Shown one piece after another: positions 27,462-38,753 of a stretch of 64,000 bases of DNA. The DNA lies in assembly GCA_015680685.1 (NCBI GenBank), contig MNCI01003179.1, positions 89,547-153,546 of the forward strand, read 5' to 3'. Numbering within the stretch: position 1 is the first letter of the stretch; each line of letters starts with the position of its first letter. A program made the translations under genes and the position numbers. Origin of the DNA: Gnetum montanum. Lineage: Eukaryota; Plantae; Gnetophyta. The notes beneath the pieces are model-generated. The model was given only the letters and a program-made list of their open reading frames with translations, was not told the DNA's origin and searched no databases.

Positions 27462-28240
27462 TGATGAGTGGCAAGGTACCCCTACACTCAACCATACGAA
27501 TACGAGCGTTACACGCGTGATCTGATCGAACTCCACAGACAGACTAGTTGTGGGATCTAGACAGTTAGCCTTAGGTCGCAGTTCGCTATCTTCCCACCTA
27601 GACTAGTATTAGCTTTGTCACATATGGTTTAGTCCAGAGTGAGGTGTATGATAGGTTTTTAACCTAATGCTAATCCTGAAGGTAATGGAAAGTAATATTA
27701 ACTAATCTAGGAGAGAGAGGGTAAGAGAATCTAAACTAGCCTAAGTGTGATGAGCATCCATTCCTTGATTATCCGTACACATCTTGGACTTCGTGCATGC
27801 CTACCACTGGGATTACCAAGCGCAGATCCTAGGTACGCTACTGGGTTACCAAGTAGTCACACTTAAATGCTCNNNNNNNNNNNNNNNNNNNNNNNNNNNN
27901 NNNNNNNNNNNNNNNNNNNNNNNNNNNNNNNNNNTCTAAAAACTAGATGCTAGAGTGGGAAAGCCGCCTCTTATTTATAGACATTGAGGCAGGTCGCGAT
28001 ATCGCGTANNNNNNNNNNNNNNNNNNNNNNNNNNNNNNNNNNNNNNNNNNNNNNNNNNNNNNNNNNNNNNNNNNNNNNNNNNNNNNNNNNNNNNNNNNNN
28101 NNNNNNNNNNNNNNNNNNNNNNNNNNNNNNNNNNTATCGCGTATGCGATATCGCGACTGGCATGTGATATCGCGTACGCGATATCGTGACCACGATATCG
28201 CATACGTGATATCGCGGTCGCCCTAAATGACAACTCATCA
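27462..28240 (-). repeat. 5' LTR of element 3 (gapped)
   Basis: Matches 19934-20745; PBS adjacent; palindrome array expanded at 27994-28220. Confidence 0.88.
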
Positions 28241-28899
28241 TAAGCCAATTTTTGTTGTTCAAAAGAAGCATCCTCGTGGATTTTCACTTGATACTAAAAA
28301 GGTGAATATAATCCATTTTCAACAAAAGCCAATTTCTCTTGTTCAAAAGGAGTATCCTCATGGGTTTTCACTTTGTGCTAAAGGGTTTCTCCTAAAGAGA
28401 AGGAGAAACTCTCTTTCTAAGAACAAAAGAAAACATCAATCACAACAATTAACATATAGCAACAAAAGTTAATGATTCAACTTAAGCCTCTGAAATAGAA
28501 AGAAATTAATATTGTAGAGAAATCAAATTAATTGTTCACCTTTCATTGAAAGCTTTTTTACTTGAAGTTGTAACTGAAAGGGACATCTTTGAGGATCTAA
28601 TATGTAACTCTTGAAGAAAAGTCCTAATTATGCTCTTGCTATTAGAAAATAACTATACACTTGAAGGTTCCAAATGAATAGAGAACAAGGAACTCAAGAC
28701 ACTTCCAAATGCAAAGAAAGGAAGTACACAAAGGATGTTGATCACCAACAATTGTACATTGATGCTTGGTTGAAAATTGTTATAAATTCTTGATATCCAT
28801 TTCTAAGCATGTTGTGCAATAGAACATTAAAAAACCATGAGAAAATGAATCTTCACTTCCACAAAGATGAATGCAAGTTAAATTTATTTGTTTTAATGA

Positions 28900-29050
28900 A
28901 AAAGGGTTAACACCTCTCACCACATTACTTGGAGCCTAAATGCTCATCTTGCTAAGCAAGGTCTCAAGAGGATTGGTAAATGAGCAAAAGCCTAACCTCT
29001 TCAAGTTATTACACCAGGCTTGAACCCACATCTTTCAACTTGATAGTCTA
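28900..29050 (-). mobile_element. tRNA-derived SINE-like element (Au-like layout), degenerate
   Basis: Reverse complement shares the B-box GGGTTCAAGCYTGG, AAGAGGTTAGGCTTT and GCAAGATGAGCATT with 55267-55435, ending in CCTTTT. Confidence 0.55.
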
Positions 29051-29489
29051 ACTTAAAAAAAATCATTTACAATGAAATTTCAAACATGTAATATTAAATG
29101 AAATAACACAGCTTCCAATTATGTTTCTTCAGATTAATGCATCATAACGTAAGTGTTACCTCACTGATAAAAGTTGATTTAAAAAACCCAGAATCTCGGT
29201 AACGTAAATAAAAGTTCAGCTTTAAGTTTCATAGACCCATGAAAACCTTGGCAATGCTTAACCTTTGTTGTCGAGACTGGGCAAGATTGAAGATACAGAA
29301 CTGAATTTCTTTCTTCATTTCCTTAAATTTTGTTCGGTTGATTTTACTGGGTTCTCTGTCTATCTTCTTGTTTTGCTGTGCATGTTGCTGTGGGTAAGCA
29401 GAGTTTTCGGAGCTTTGCAACGGATCATCGCAGCAACTTTTTATGCGTCTCTCTCAAATACAGGTGGCTTCTTCCTTCCTGCCTTCCTG

Positions 29490-32469
29490 ATGGGCGCGTC
29501 TGTGATTTTGAAACCGTCCTACTTCTGTTTTCGGGACTGTTCAGGTTTTGCGAGACATCCGCCCTGTTACTCTTCCCTCTGCAAAACCTCAACTTCAACC
29601 TCAACCAAGCAGCAATGGCGACGTGTTCCACCAACATTCACGCATTCAAGGCGAGATTCGGTATTGAAGCAGCAGCAGCCACGGCTGCCAAGGAAAATGT
29701 CAAATCGAAGCAGAATTGTGTTGAATCAGATACTGTGCTTGTCAGAGGAGCAGGATCCGTCGTCGCTGCTGATGAAGTGGAGCCATTCCATGAAACCCAC
29801 CAGACGAGACTGGCTTTCCCTTCTCAAGCATCTCGCTGCTTTGCGCCATCCGCTGTACTTCAAGGTTAGGGCTTTCAAGCAAACTTGTAATAACTGCCAA
29901 TCTCGCAGAAATTTGGTTATTTGGTTGCAATCGTTTTCCGCTTTTGCCAGATGTTTGCTAAAATGATGAAGGAATCACGAACTGAATTCACCCATAATTT
30001 TCGCTGTTTAATTCAAACAAGGACCTGTGTTCATGGAAGACTGCCTATAGCTGCTAACAGCATTCTGCGGCTAAAAACACGTTTTATATTTTAAAATAAT
30101 TATTGAATTTTGTGAGCAGACCCGAGAATGCTCCTGTTACAGGTTCTTTTATTAAAGTTAAGGGACAACAAAGGTAGACTAATGCATGGTGTGCTTCTTT
30201 TAAGAAAGACATCGGAAAAGCTGGAATTAGGTTAGGATGATGGTAACGAAGAATTTTGTTCTGAAGTTCAGTCACAATAGTGATAGTAAGGTGTTTGTTT
30301 TTCAAATTGTAAAATGTAGATGTAATCACTTGAAAATAGGTCAAGCTTTCCTTCATCTACTGACCCTTCCTATCCTTTTAAGATGACCCTTCCTACCAAG
30401 ACAGTACATAGATAATAACTTTTCTCGTGGAATTTGGCAGTATCTTTGTACCTCTTTCTTTATCAGGGATCAGGGAATAAGGAGCCACACATATTTAATA
30501 CAACTGACCATAGCTTGAAGCTCAAAAGCCTGTGATCATTAAGATGCAGCAGACTGACTCCTTTGAAAAAGTATTGTGCAAATTTAAGTGGCAGGAACAG
30601 CAGTTAATTTGATCAATGGGCTTCATCACTCAATGATTGAGCACAGGCACTAAAGACAACATGAGATTCAAGATGAACAGGCAGAACAACCCAAATGTTC
30701 GTTCAGTTGATGGCTTCTGAACATACGAAGATGCTAATAAATAAGAACATCCTAATTACCATGGAAATTCAAAGGATTTCCTAATATTCATTCTTGAAGA
30801 TGTGTGGACACCCAATACCATGCAAATTTCTGAGATGGACTCAGAAAGTATCAAGGATTGAATCATCAACACGGCATTGCCGACATTGTTTACTTTGAAT
30901 TTTCTCTAAATGAAACTATTTCCTATTCTCCATTTTGTTTGCCACGACAAATAAAATAGCTAAGAAATTGTTTGGTTATTGAGCTAAAAGTCCAATTTCC
31001 CCTGGGTGCTTTTGATACACATCGGCAGTATCTTCGAAATCCATAGAGCCATATAGAGCCATAAATTTGATAAGTAAAACAGCCTTTATTTAGGGTAATT
31101 AGGAATGATCGGTAACAAGAGGTCAGCAGGCTTCTGCACCACGTGAAAGATTGCTTTTAAATTTTATGAAAGTTCAAATTTTTGTGCATATTTGTTTCTT
31201 TCGTTCTGGGAATTCTGTTGAAATTAGCCCATGAACATACTTCGACAGGTGATTTTTCTCGACTGCTGATTCTTGAGACCAAGAGACCAGTCCAGGTGTC
31301 ACTGTGGATCATCTTCTCCGCTGGTGGAACTGTTACGAGCAAGCTCAGTTTATTTTAGTTGCTGTTCACAAGTTGAAAAACATGACAACAGTAATCATAG
31401 CAACTCAACATTTCAGCATGCAAAGAGGATAAACTAAAATTTATATGCATGCAAAGATTTATTAGGGGTCCCTATAAAGAAAAAATTATTTTCATAAGAA
31501 AAAATATTCAAAATGCAAGAAATCTATTGTTCCACTCTTGATTCCTTGCTTGGGCATGTAATTAAGAGGCTGATTTGGTAGCAGGCCTTTGAATCTAATT
31601 GATTCTTTTTATGATTTTTAGATTTTTCTTAGTGGGTACATGGTCATTTCTTTTACTGTTTTTGTAGTTAATTAAACCACTTGAATTATGTACAAAATTG
31701 TAATTTTTAGGTAACAGAAGTTGCCATAGATGATGAATCCTTTGAAGCATGTATACGGGACTTCACTAAACTCATAGATGCCTATGCAAGAGAGGACAGA
31801 ATGGAAGATGCAGAAAGGATACTGAAGACAATGGACGACAGAGGATTTTTGCCTGATGCCGTCACATTTACAGTACTAATTCAGATGTACGGTAAAGCAG
31901 GGCATCTTGAAAAAGCCAAGAAACTCTTTGACATCATGAGACTTGCAGGTTTTAAGCTTGATCAAAAGGCATATGGATCAATGATAATGGCCTATGTTAG
32001 AGCAGGATTGCCTGAAGATGGATCGATGCTAATAAAAGAGATGGAGCACAATGGTATTTATGCAGCTATTGAAGTTTACAAAGCCCTGTTAAAATGTTTT
32101 GCAAGGCAGGGTAATGCAGAGGGAGCACACAGAATGTTTGACAGCATTCAGTTTGCATGTATACCTCCAAATGTTCATACATGTTCTCTTCTTCTGGAGG
32201 CCTATGCTCGTTCTGGGGATTCAGATAAGGCCCAGAGTGTTTTGAATAACATGGTAGAAGCTGATCTCCATCCTGATGATCAATGCATGTCAATCATGGT
32301 GTCTAGCTACCGAGAAAAAGATTTGCTTAGGAAAGCATTAAATATGCTGTTAAAGCTTGAAAAGAATGGGCTGAAACCTGGGCCCCAAACACTGCATGTT
32401 CTAGCTGACTGGCTCTCCAAACTGGGTTTGGTTCATGAAGCTGAATGGGCTTTCAATGAGATACATTGA
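29490..32469 (+). CDS. P-class pentatricopeptide repeat protein (At1g01970-like), 2 exons: 29490-29864, 31711-32469, ~377 aa
   Basis: ATG at 29490 with a S/R/T-rich transit-like N-terminus. Donor AAG|GTTAGG at 29864/5 and acceptor TTTTTAG|GTA at 31710/1, phase 0, join MKPTRRDWLSLLK..HPLYFK to VTEVAIDDESFEACIRDFTKLIDAY. Tandem PPR motifs (PDAVTFTVLIQMYGKAG, YGSMIMAYVRAG, VYKALLKCFARQG, LLLEAYARSG). Confidence 0.9.
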
Positions 32470-33704
32470 ACTCATCTTCTCTGATCATATTTTCTAACTT
32501 TCAAAATACTACCGTCATGCACTGGTCATCTCTGATAAATTGTGTCCCAAGCCTACGCTAGGATAGTTCTATAATATTTTAAAATAAAAAATATATATTC
32601 TTTAATGCCATACACAATACTTGGTATTGCTGAAGCAAAATCTCTTTGCCCCCTAACTTGGAAAACAACATGATAGCCACATCTTAAGAACTGTCTCCAT
32701 CCATTTATCCTGGCTTTGTGCTGTGAAATTTATGTGAGCATTTTTATGTGACAGCGTTATATATTCTGCACACAAATCGTTGCTTTCAGAACTGTGTCCA
32801 AAAAAAGCTTTAAATAGTAGCGGCTTTAAATAATAACACCTTTTAACAACGGTAACACTTTTAATTTAAAAGCAAGTTTTAAATTATGTGTTCAATTCTA
32901 GGAGGAAATTCTAAGCATATATTTCCAAATAATAACATGCTATCCCAAGCATGAAGATAATAGTACCCTTTTATCATTTTTTAAAAAAGTTATTTAGGTT
33001 TTTCTTTTTCTCTAAACTCATCCTTACATGCAAGTCTATACTTTTAAATAATATTTAGCTATCACAAGCATGAATTCAAGTTATGTTTAGACCTCTTGGA
33101 TCACTTCTTGACCTAATTAGGTGCAATTACAAAGTACCTATCATGTTTAAATATAGGGGAATTCCTTGTGTCATATTTTCAAGTACCCTAGTGTATTTTA
33201 AACCAAATATTGTAAAACATTTTGTTTAGTTTGTCACTAATCATTGGAAAATATTTCTATAAGTTTCTCATATTCAAAATGTGATTATCATTAATGACAT
33301 TTAGTTGTAGATATATAGTTCATTTCTGTAGATCATATAGCTTGTAACATGGAAGTCAAATAGAATAAATTGGAATACATGATAACCGGTAAAATTATAC
33401 ATTAAGATTTATAATATAAAGTAAATAGCCAACTATAGTAAATTATTGTCCAATCCTTGGCTTGCTGGACTAACCATGTTAATATAATAAAGGTATCAAA
33501 ATAATGATTTATAATATACGTTGCTATTATAAAATATATCAATCATAGCCCATTAAAGAAGACCAAATTTGACAAATTTTCTTATTACCATATGTCTATG
33601 ATAGACATACACTAATTACTGCTCTTTCCGACACATCTCACCATAACCATTTTGAATTTGTTACAATAATACCTTTAAGATTACATTCAACCTTAGTTTT
33701 CAAA

Positions 33705-33927
33705 ATCATCATCATCCTAGCCTTGTTAATCATCATCATCCTAGCCTTGTCCCAACAAAAGAGAATGGCCATAAGAGAGCTAAATCTTTGTTTATTTACA
33801 AATTTTTCAAATAATGTTCACCCTTTTTTTAACAAGCCTTGTCCCAACAAAAGAGAATGGCCATAAGAGAGCTAAATCTTTGTTTATTTACAGATTTTTC
33901 AAATAATGTTCACCCTTTTTTTAACAA
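33705..33927 (-). repeat. RTE-like LINE 3' tail (GATGATGAT) with a ~93-bp near-perfect tandem duplication
   Basis: CATCATCATCCTAGCCTTGT twice, then AGCCTTGTCCCAACAAAAGAGAATGG...TTTTTTAACAA twice. A related tail ATCATCATCACCCTAGCCTGTC lies at ~35459-35545. Confidence 0.55.
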
Positions 33928-36900
33928 ACTCAGTTAGGGTTCAACCCAACTTGAAAATTAGAAACCGCCTGTAAGTGTTCTCGTCCTGTATTGATATTTT
34001 TTGCGTGAATAGTGGGAGAAACTCCGGGTTATGAATTGTGCATTGGAAATGGCATAAATCTGCGACGGACATGCAAGGTAAAATTTTCATCTTCGTGACT
34101 TGAACCTGAATTCTATCAAAATAGCATTGTTGTCATTAATCGTTTTCAAATAAAAGAAGACAGTCGTTCAAAATATTTTGCATGCCAATGTACTTGTGTA
34201 TGATATTGATTAAGGCTACACTAAAGCCATTTGGACCCACATCCATCTGACATATGCATCTCACTGTAACAAAGGTTTCAGGAGGGATTTGCTTTAGCTT
34301 GGTACACACGTTCAAACAATGATCTCATCTGAAGAAACATGTTTGGAAGAGGAAAGTTTGTTTAAACATATATGATGCTTGGAACACTTCAAAACAATTG
34401 TAACTGTTTAAAAAAAAACTCAAGTGTATGTAAACTATGATACCGTGTTAAAACATTGTTGCAAATTACAAATTTGGATCAAATCAAAGATTATTTTTAA
34501 TAAGATTCTATTCAAGTTGTTTAAAATTCAAAAAAGAAATAGATTCAATTGAATCCAGAACGTATGAAAATGTTTCACATCAAAGAACACAATGTTTTGC
34601 AGTCCACTAAAATCAATACTGAAACATGACGGTGATTATTTCCATCCAATGTCCAATGAACACCATTTTGCCAGTAATGCATCCAGAAAGATTACGCTTC
34701 TGCAGAGGAAAAAGAAATGGCATTCAATTGTTATCAAATTAATAGCAAGTTACTGGTACTGACAGAAGTTATAAATTCATACTATAATGATATTATAGTT
34801 TCCCTGTGGTTGGTCACAATAGTTTCTGAGTGGAAAGAAAAAGTAAAGGACACAGAACACCCAACCAACCATTGGTGGAAGTTAAAAAGGGATTTGAGCA
34901 AATAGTATTAAGAACCCACAAGATAACAAATTCTAATAACACCATTTGAAACGCTCATGGCTAATAGATCTAAATGGAAACCTATACGGAGCCTTCATTG
35001 GAACAAGTCTACAACTTAACCACACATGATTTAAAATCCATGCTGTCCAAAAATTGATGAAAACCAACATTCAATAACTTTCTATAAAAACGTTGTGTCT
35101 GAAAACATTCCAAGAATTGGTTAATGAATCCAAAACATTAGGAACCTATCCTCCTTAAAAAACAAAGCATGCCTAAATTGCAATGTATCATCTATGTTAA
35201 CAATACTACAGCGCTTTTAACAATGCACTCCTACAAATGCTTTTTTTTCTTTGCCTATATGAGTTTTCATTTAACAATGCTATTGAATAGCTATTTTGCC
35301 TTGTTTTAACATGAAACTGGCTTAAAGCCATCATGTACACAAAATCAAAAGAACCATATTTATGCAATTCACATTTGTGATCTAAATGTGTAGAAGTGGC
35401 TTAAAAGTTTTATGCAAGGCTAAAACAGAGGTTCATAATGTTCCTATAAGATCAAGATTCATCATCATCACCCTAGCCTGTCTAAACAAAAATGGGGTCA
35501 GGTACATGAGTTCTTTTTTGCCATTCACCTAAATGAGGAACCGGATCTTTGTTTATTTGCAGTTTCTTCAGATTAAGATTATTACATTTAATAAGATGTG
35601 ACTTGGGCATGTACTATTTGATTATTTTGCTTATGTACGTAGAAACCTTGAAACGTACAAACAATCTTTATGAATGTACATACAGAATCATGGTTCATTT
35701 AACAAGCTCAAGGAACGTCCATTATGCTGAAACTATATTGGCACGTGCAAGCAGAGAAATATTTTACTCAGACAACTTATGTTTTTGTAATAAAGTCCTC
35801 GGCAACGTCATAATACATAACATGAAGTGCTAGCCAAGCAAAAAGCAGGCATATAGAAAGAGACGAGACCATCGAAAATGAATGCATCCATATAGGCACT
35901 ACATATTAATGATTCTTGCAACCATTATATAACAATTATTTCACAAAGGCATTCATAAAAGAAATCTTGATAACAATAAGTTTTGAAAGATATTGTGTCA
36001 ACTTTATCAAAAATTCAAACCAATTTTTTCAACTTACTAGGAAGCTTACCACACGTATATCATGATAGTCTATGCTATGAAAGTTTCTAATCAGGAGTCC
36101 CACACATTAGTAAGATTCCTCATATGGCATTACCCTTGTATATCTCATAAGGTTATTAGTTGCATTGCGATGCTTGTTAGACATTCTGTACTTTACCAGA
36201 ACAACCTGGAAATGATAAATTTGCAGCAATGCGTCCATGTAATAATACACATTCAAGACTCCATAAATATATCACCCATAATTATTAGATACATCACAGG
36301 TTTAATCCAAAAGATTATTAGCAGTACATACAGACATTATGAAGGGAAAAGACTGAACTGCAGTCTATCCAATAGATCCCTATGCTCTGCCCATTCTCCA
36401 TAAAGAGATAATAAAATGCTTCAATTAAAATTTTCCATTTTTGAACTGAAATGGTGTTCCTTAAATTCATTCTGAATATCTTTGATATTTGTTAAAAGTT
36501 CGTATATTGTTATTGTCGTTGACCTAGTACTACCATCTCCCTTCAATATTTTCTCCATCGTAAATAGTATCTAAAATTAAACATTATATGTTCTTATAAT
36601 TCTATAAAATACAGGTTGGAAATAAGTATTTCCACGTTGAACTAAGGTTGGATCCAATGGCAACTGGAATGTTATACGAGTTAGCGCAAAACGAATCAAT
36701 AAAGGAAACGTAAAAGCAGCAACAAAATAAGAAGCTCATTTCAACATCATCGTTGATACAGTGGACTCTAACCAGTACCAGTGATGCTTTTAAAATCATA
36801 AAAACTTACACGTATTCACGAGCACGTTAAAAAGATAAAGCATATGCTGCTTCCCAAACCTTGGCAATTCTAAGATCCATTCATCAACAGAGCCTGATAA

Positions 36901-37314
36901 ACATTCGTTGTTGTTTCTAAGTCTTACATATCAATTATTGTGAAAAAAACTCAGAATAATCGTACAAATACGCTAAAACGATTAAAAATTTGCAACAAAT
37001 AGTTGTTTCGGAGGTCAGAAGAGAAAAACTATAATGAACACACAATTCCCTGGAGATCTTCTGCTATCTGAAGGCCACGGTTCAAAAAAACAAAAGCATT
37101 GGCCTAAACGAATCCGTTTTTATTTTATTTTTAATGAACCAACAGACGGAAACTAGGGTTTCACGAAAACACATAAAACATCAAAACAAAACGCTTGCCA
37201 TAACATAAATTTACTTTCCATCTGGAAGGGATGCCGATCTCACAAAAACAAAGAAAGAAACTATTCGAGAGGATGAAAACGCAGAAACCAATTAACTCAC
37301 CTCAGAAAACCGAT

Positions 37315-37599
37315 TCAATGCGCAGCTGCGTGCTCGCCATGCTCGCGCTTGTGCCTCTCGTGCTCGAGGTGGCGTCGTTCCTCAGGAAGAGCAACCAGAT
37401 AAGAGAAGATGAGGCCGCCAAAGATGAGATGATTAAGAGGCGCCGCGGAACTGGTCTGGATGTACTTAGCATTGTAGTCGTCCAAGGCTTTGGTAACCTT
37501 GTTCTTCAGATAATCCTTGGACACCATCGGCTTAAAGTAATCAGGCAAATCCTTTACACGCATGCTCTTCACTTCGTTGTAGAACTGACGCATCGCCAT
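37315..37599 (-). CDS. ATP17: Mitochondrial F1Fo ATP synthase subunit f (plant ATP17, At4g30010-like), 94 aa
   Basis: MA.R.FY.E.K...LP.Y.K...LD.YNAKYIQTSS..PL.H...FSYLVALPEERRHLEH is the conserved plant subunit f sequence. Good ATG context (AAAATGGCG). Confidence 0.9.
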   Translation of the reverse strand: MAMRQFYNEVKSMRVKDLPDYFKPMVSKDYLKNKVTKALDDYNAKYIQTSSAAPLNHLIFGGLIFSYLVALPEERRHLEHERHKREHGEHAAAH

Positions 37600-38544
37600 T
37601 TTCTTTCACCTCCGGAGCTTCTTCGCTCTGATAATGTCGCAGAAGGGGAGAGATAGAGAGCGTGAACAGACGATTTCTCCGAACAGAGCGTGAACCTTAT
37701 ATTATGCAATTGCCTTTTAGCGATGGTCGCCTTGGCGACTTTGGGAGCCTCATTTGATTTTTATTTTTTATTTTTAACACATTTGAGAAAATGGTAATGG
37801 AGAGAGGAAAGTTGTAAGAGGAGAACTAGGAAAGGTGGTACCTCCTTTGTTTTAGAACGACATGGCATGGCAGTTGGATGCAAAGGCTGAGGGGCTTCGA
37901 CCTTTATCTTTGTACCTTATGCGTGCCTTACTTCTAAGGCATTAATGCCTTAATAGTAAGATTCTTGGTTTGATAACTTTAAGTTATTGGTTCGACACTA
38001 GTAGGTAATGTTGAGTTATGTTAATTGGACTATACATCTTGAGCTTTCCATTTCCTTCTTCTCCCCCCACCAGCCCCCAAAATGCCTTACCACTAAGGTG
38101 ATTTACAAGTTCAACTATCCTTTGGGATGACTATAGGATAATATTGCATATACTTATTTAAGGAGTGACACAATTATTAGCATGTGTTGATGGATATAAA
38201 GGGTCTACATGGTAGTTCCATGGTGTCATTGTAAGCGAGGCAAAGGAGTAATTAACATGTCTTCTGTCTATTGATTTCTAATTGTATAATGTAGCACTAT
38301 AAAGTTCTAGCTAATTACAGAAGACTAAGTGACATTATTATGAAAGCTTCAGAGGCCCATAAGGTAGGTCTTACCAAGGTAGGGATTTACGATGCTAACT
38401 ATGTATGAAATACAATGCCTCTACCACGAGGCCAGTGATCACCCCAGTAAACATAATAAATCTCAATTCTAGGTGGTTTTGTTCTCCATCCCAATGTTTC
38501 GCAACACCCTCATCAGCACTAGCAACAACCATGTTTACCAAGTG

Positions 38545-38614
38545 GGAGAGCACCCCCTTCTCCCAAAGTTACAGGGTCATTTTGCCCAATTCCTTCAACA
38601 TGGTTCTCTCAAGC
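38545..38614 (-). pseudogene. rrn26: Nuclear fragment of mitochondrial 26S rRNA (NUMT)
   Basis: GGAGAGCACCCC(C)TTCTCCCAAAGTTACAGGGTCATTTTGCCCAATTCCTTCAACATGGTTCTCTCAAGC matches antisense LSU rRNA in the mitochondrial-type version (…TTCGACATGGTTCTCTCAAGC, from memory). Most differences are at CpG sites. Confidence 0.7.
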
Positions 38615-38717
38615 AACAAGACAATGCATAAACCAATCAGGTGATCATCTTCAAGTGCATATGTCAAGCTCATCAAGCATGTATCCAGGGTATTCAACTG
38701 CCTAACCATGCAGCTAC

Positions 38718-38753
38718 GCCAACGAGTTTACAGCCTATCCCCATCAACCACTC
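38718..38753 (-). pseudogene. trnY: Fragment of plastid-type tRNA-Tyr(GUA)
   Basis: - strand GAGTGGTTGATGGGGATAGGCTGTAAACTCGTTGGC resembles plastid trnY D-arm/anticodon arm (GAGYGGTTAATGGGGACGGACTGTAAATTCGTTGGC). No acceptor stem or T-arm. Confidence 0.5.

Larger units (their letters stand above)
19934..28240 (-). mobile_element. Athila-type LTR retrotransposon with gag plus a long accessory ORF, no pol visible (likely non-autonomous)
   Basis: LTRs 19934-20745 and 27462-28240 (gapped), TGATG...CATCA. TSD GAAGC/TAAGC. PBS TGGCGCCGTTGCCGGGGA (tRNA-Asp, Athila-typical) on - strand at 27443-27460. PPT GTGGGGGTA at ~20746-20754. Only an ~830-N gap separates gag from the post-pol-type non-coding region. 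Confidence 0.88.

Noticed and set aside
25395-28287. Long ORFs containing X runs
   Set aside because: Artefacts of N gaps.
29265-29489. Hydrophobic N-terminal extension of the PPR ORF in the ORF track
   Set aside because: Starts at TTG in T-rich leader sequence. ATG 29490 gives a plausible transit peptide and orthologue-like length. An in-frame ATG at 29382 cannot be excluded.
3-37599. Clustering of three organelle-related genes (NDUFAF6, PPR, ATP17)
   Set aside because: Such genes are common, they are separated by ~28 kb of TEs, and no shared regulation is evident.
37231-37656. 141-aa plus-strand ORF
   Set aside because: Antisense shadow of the ATP synthase f CDS.
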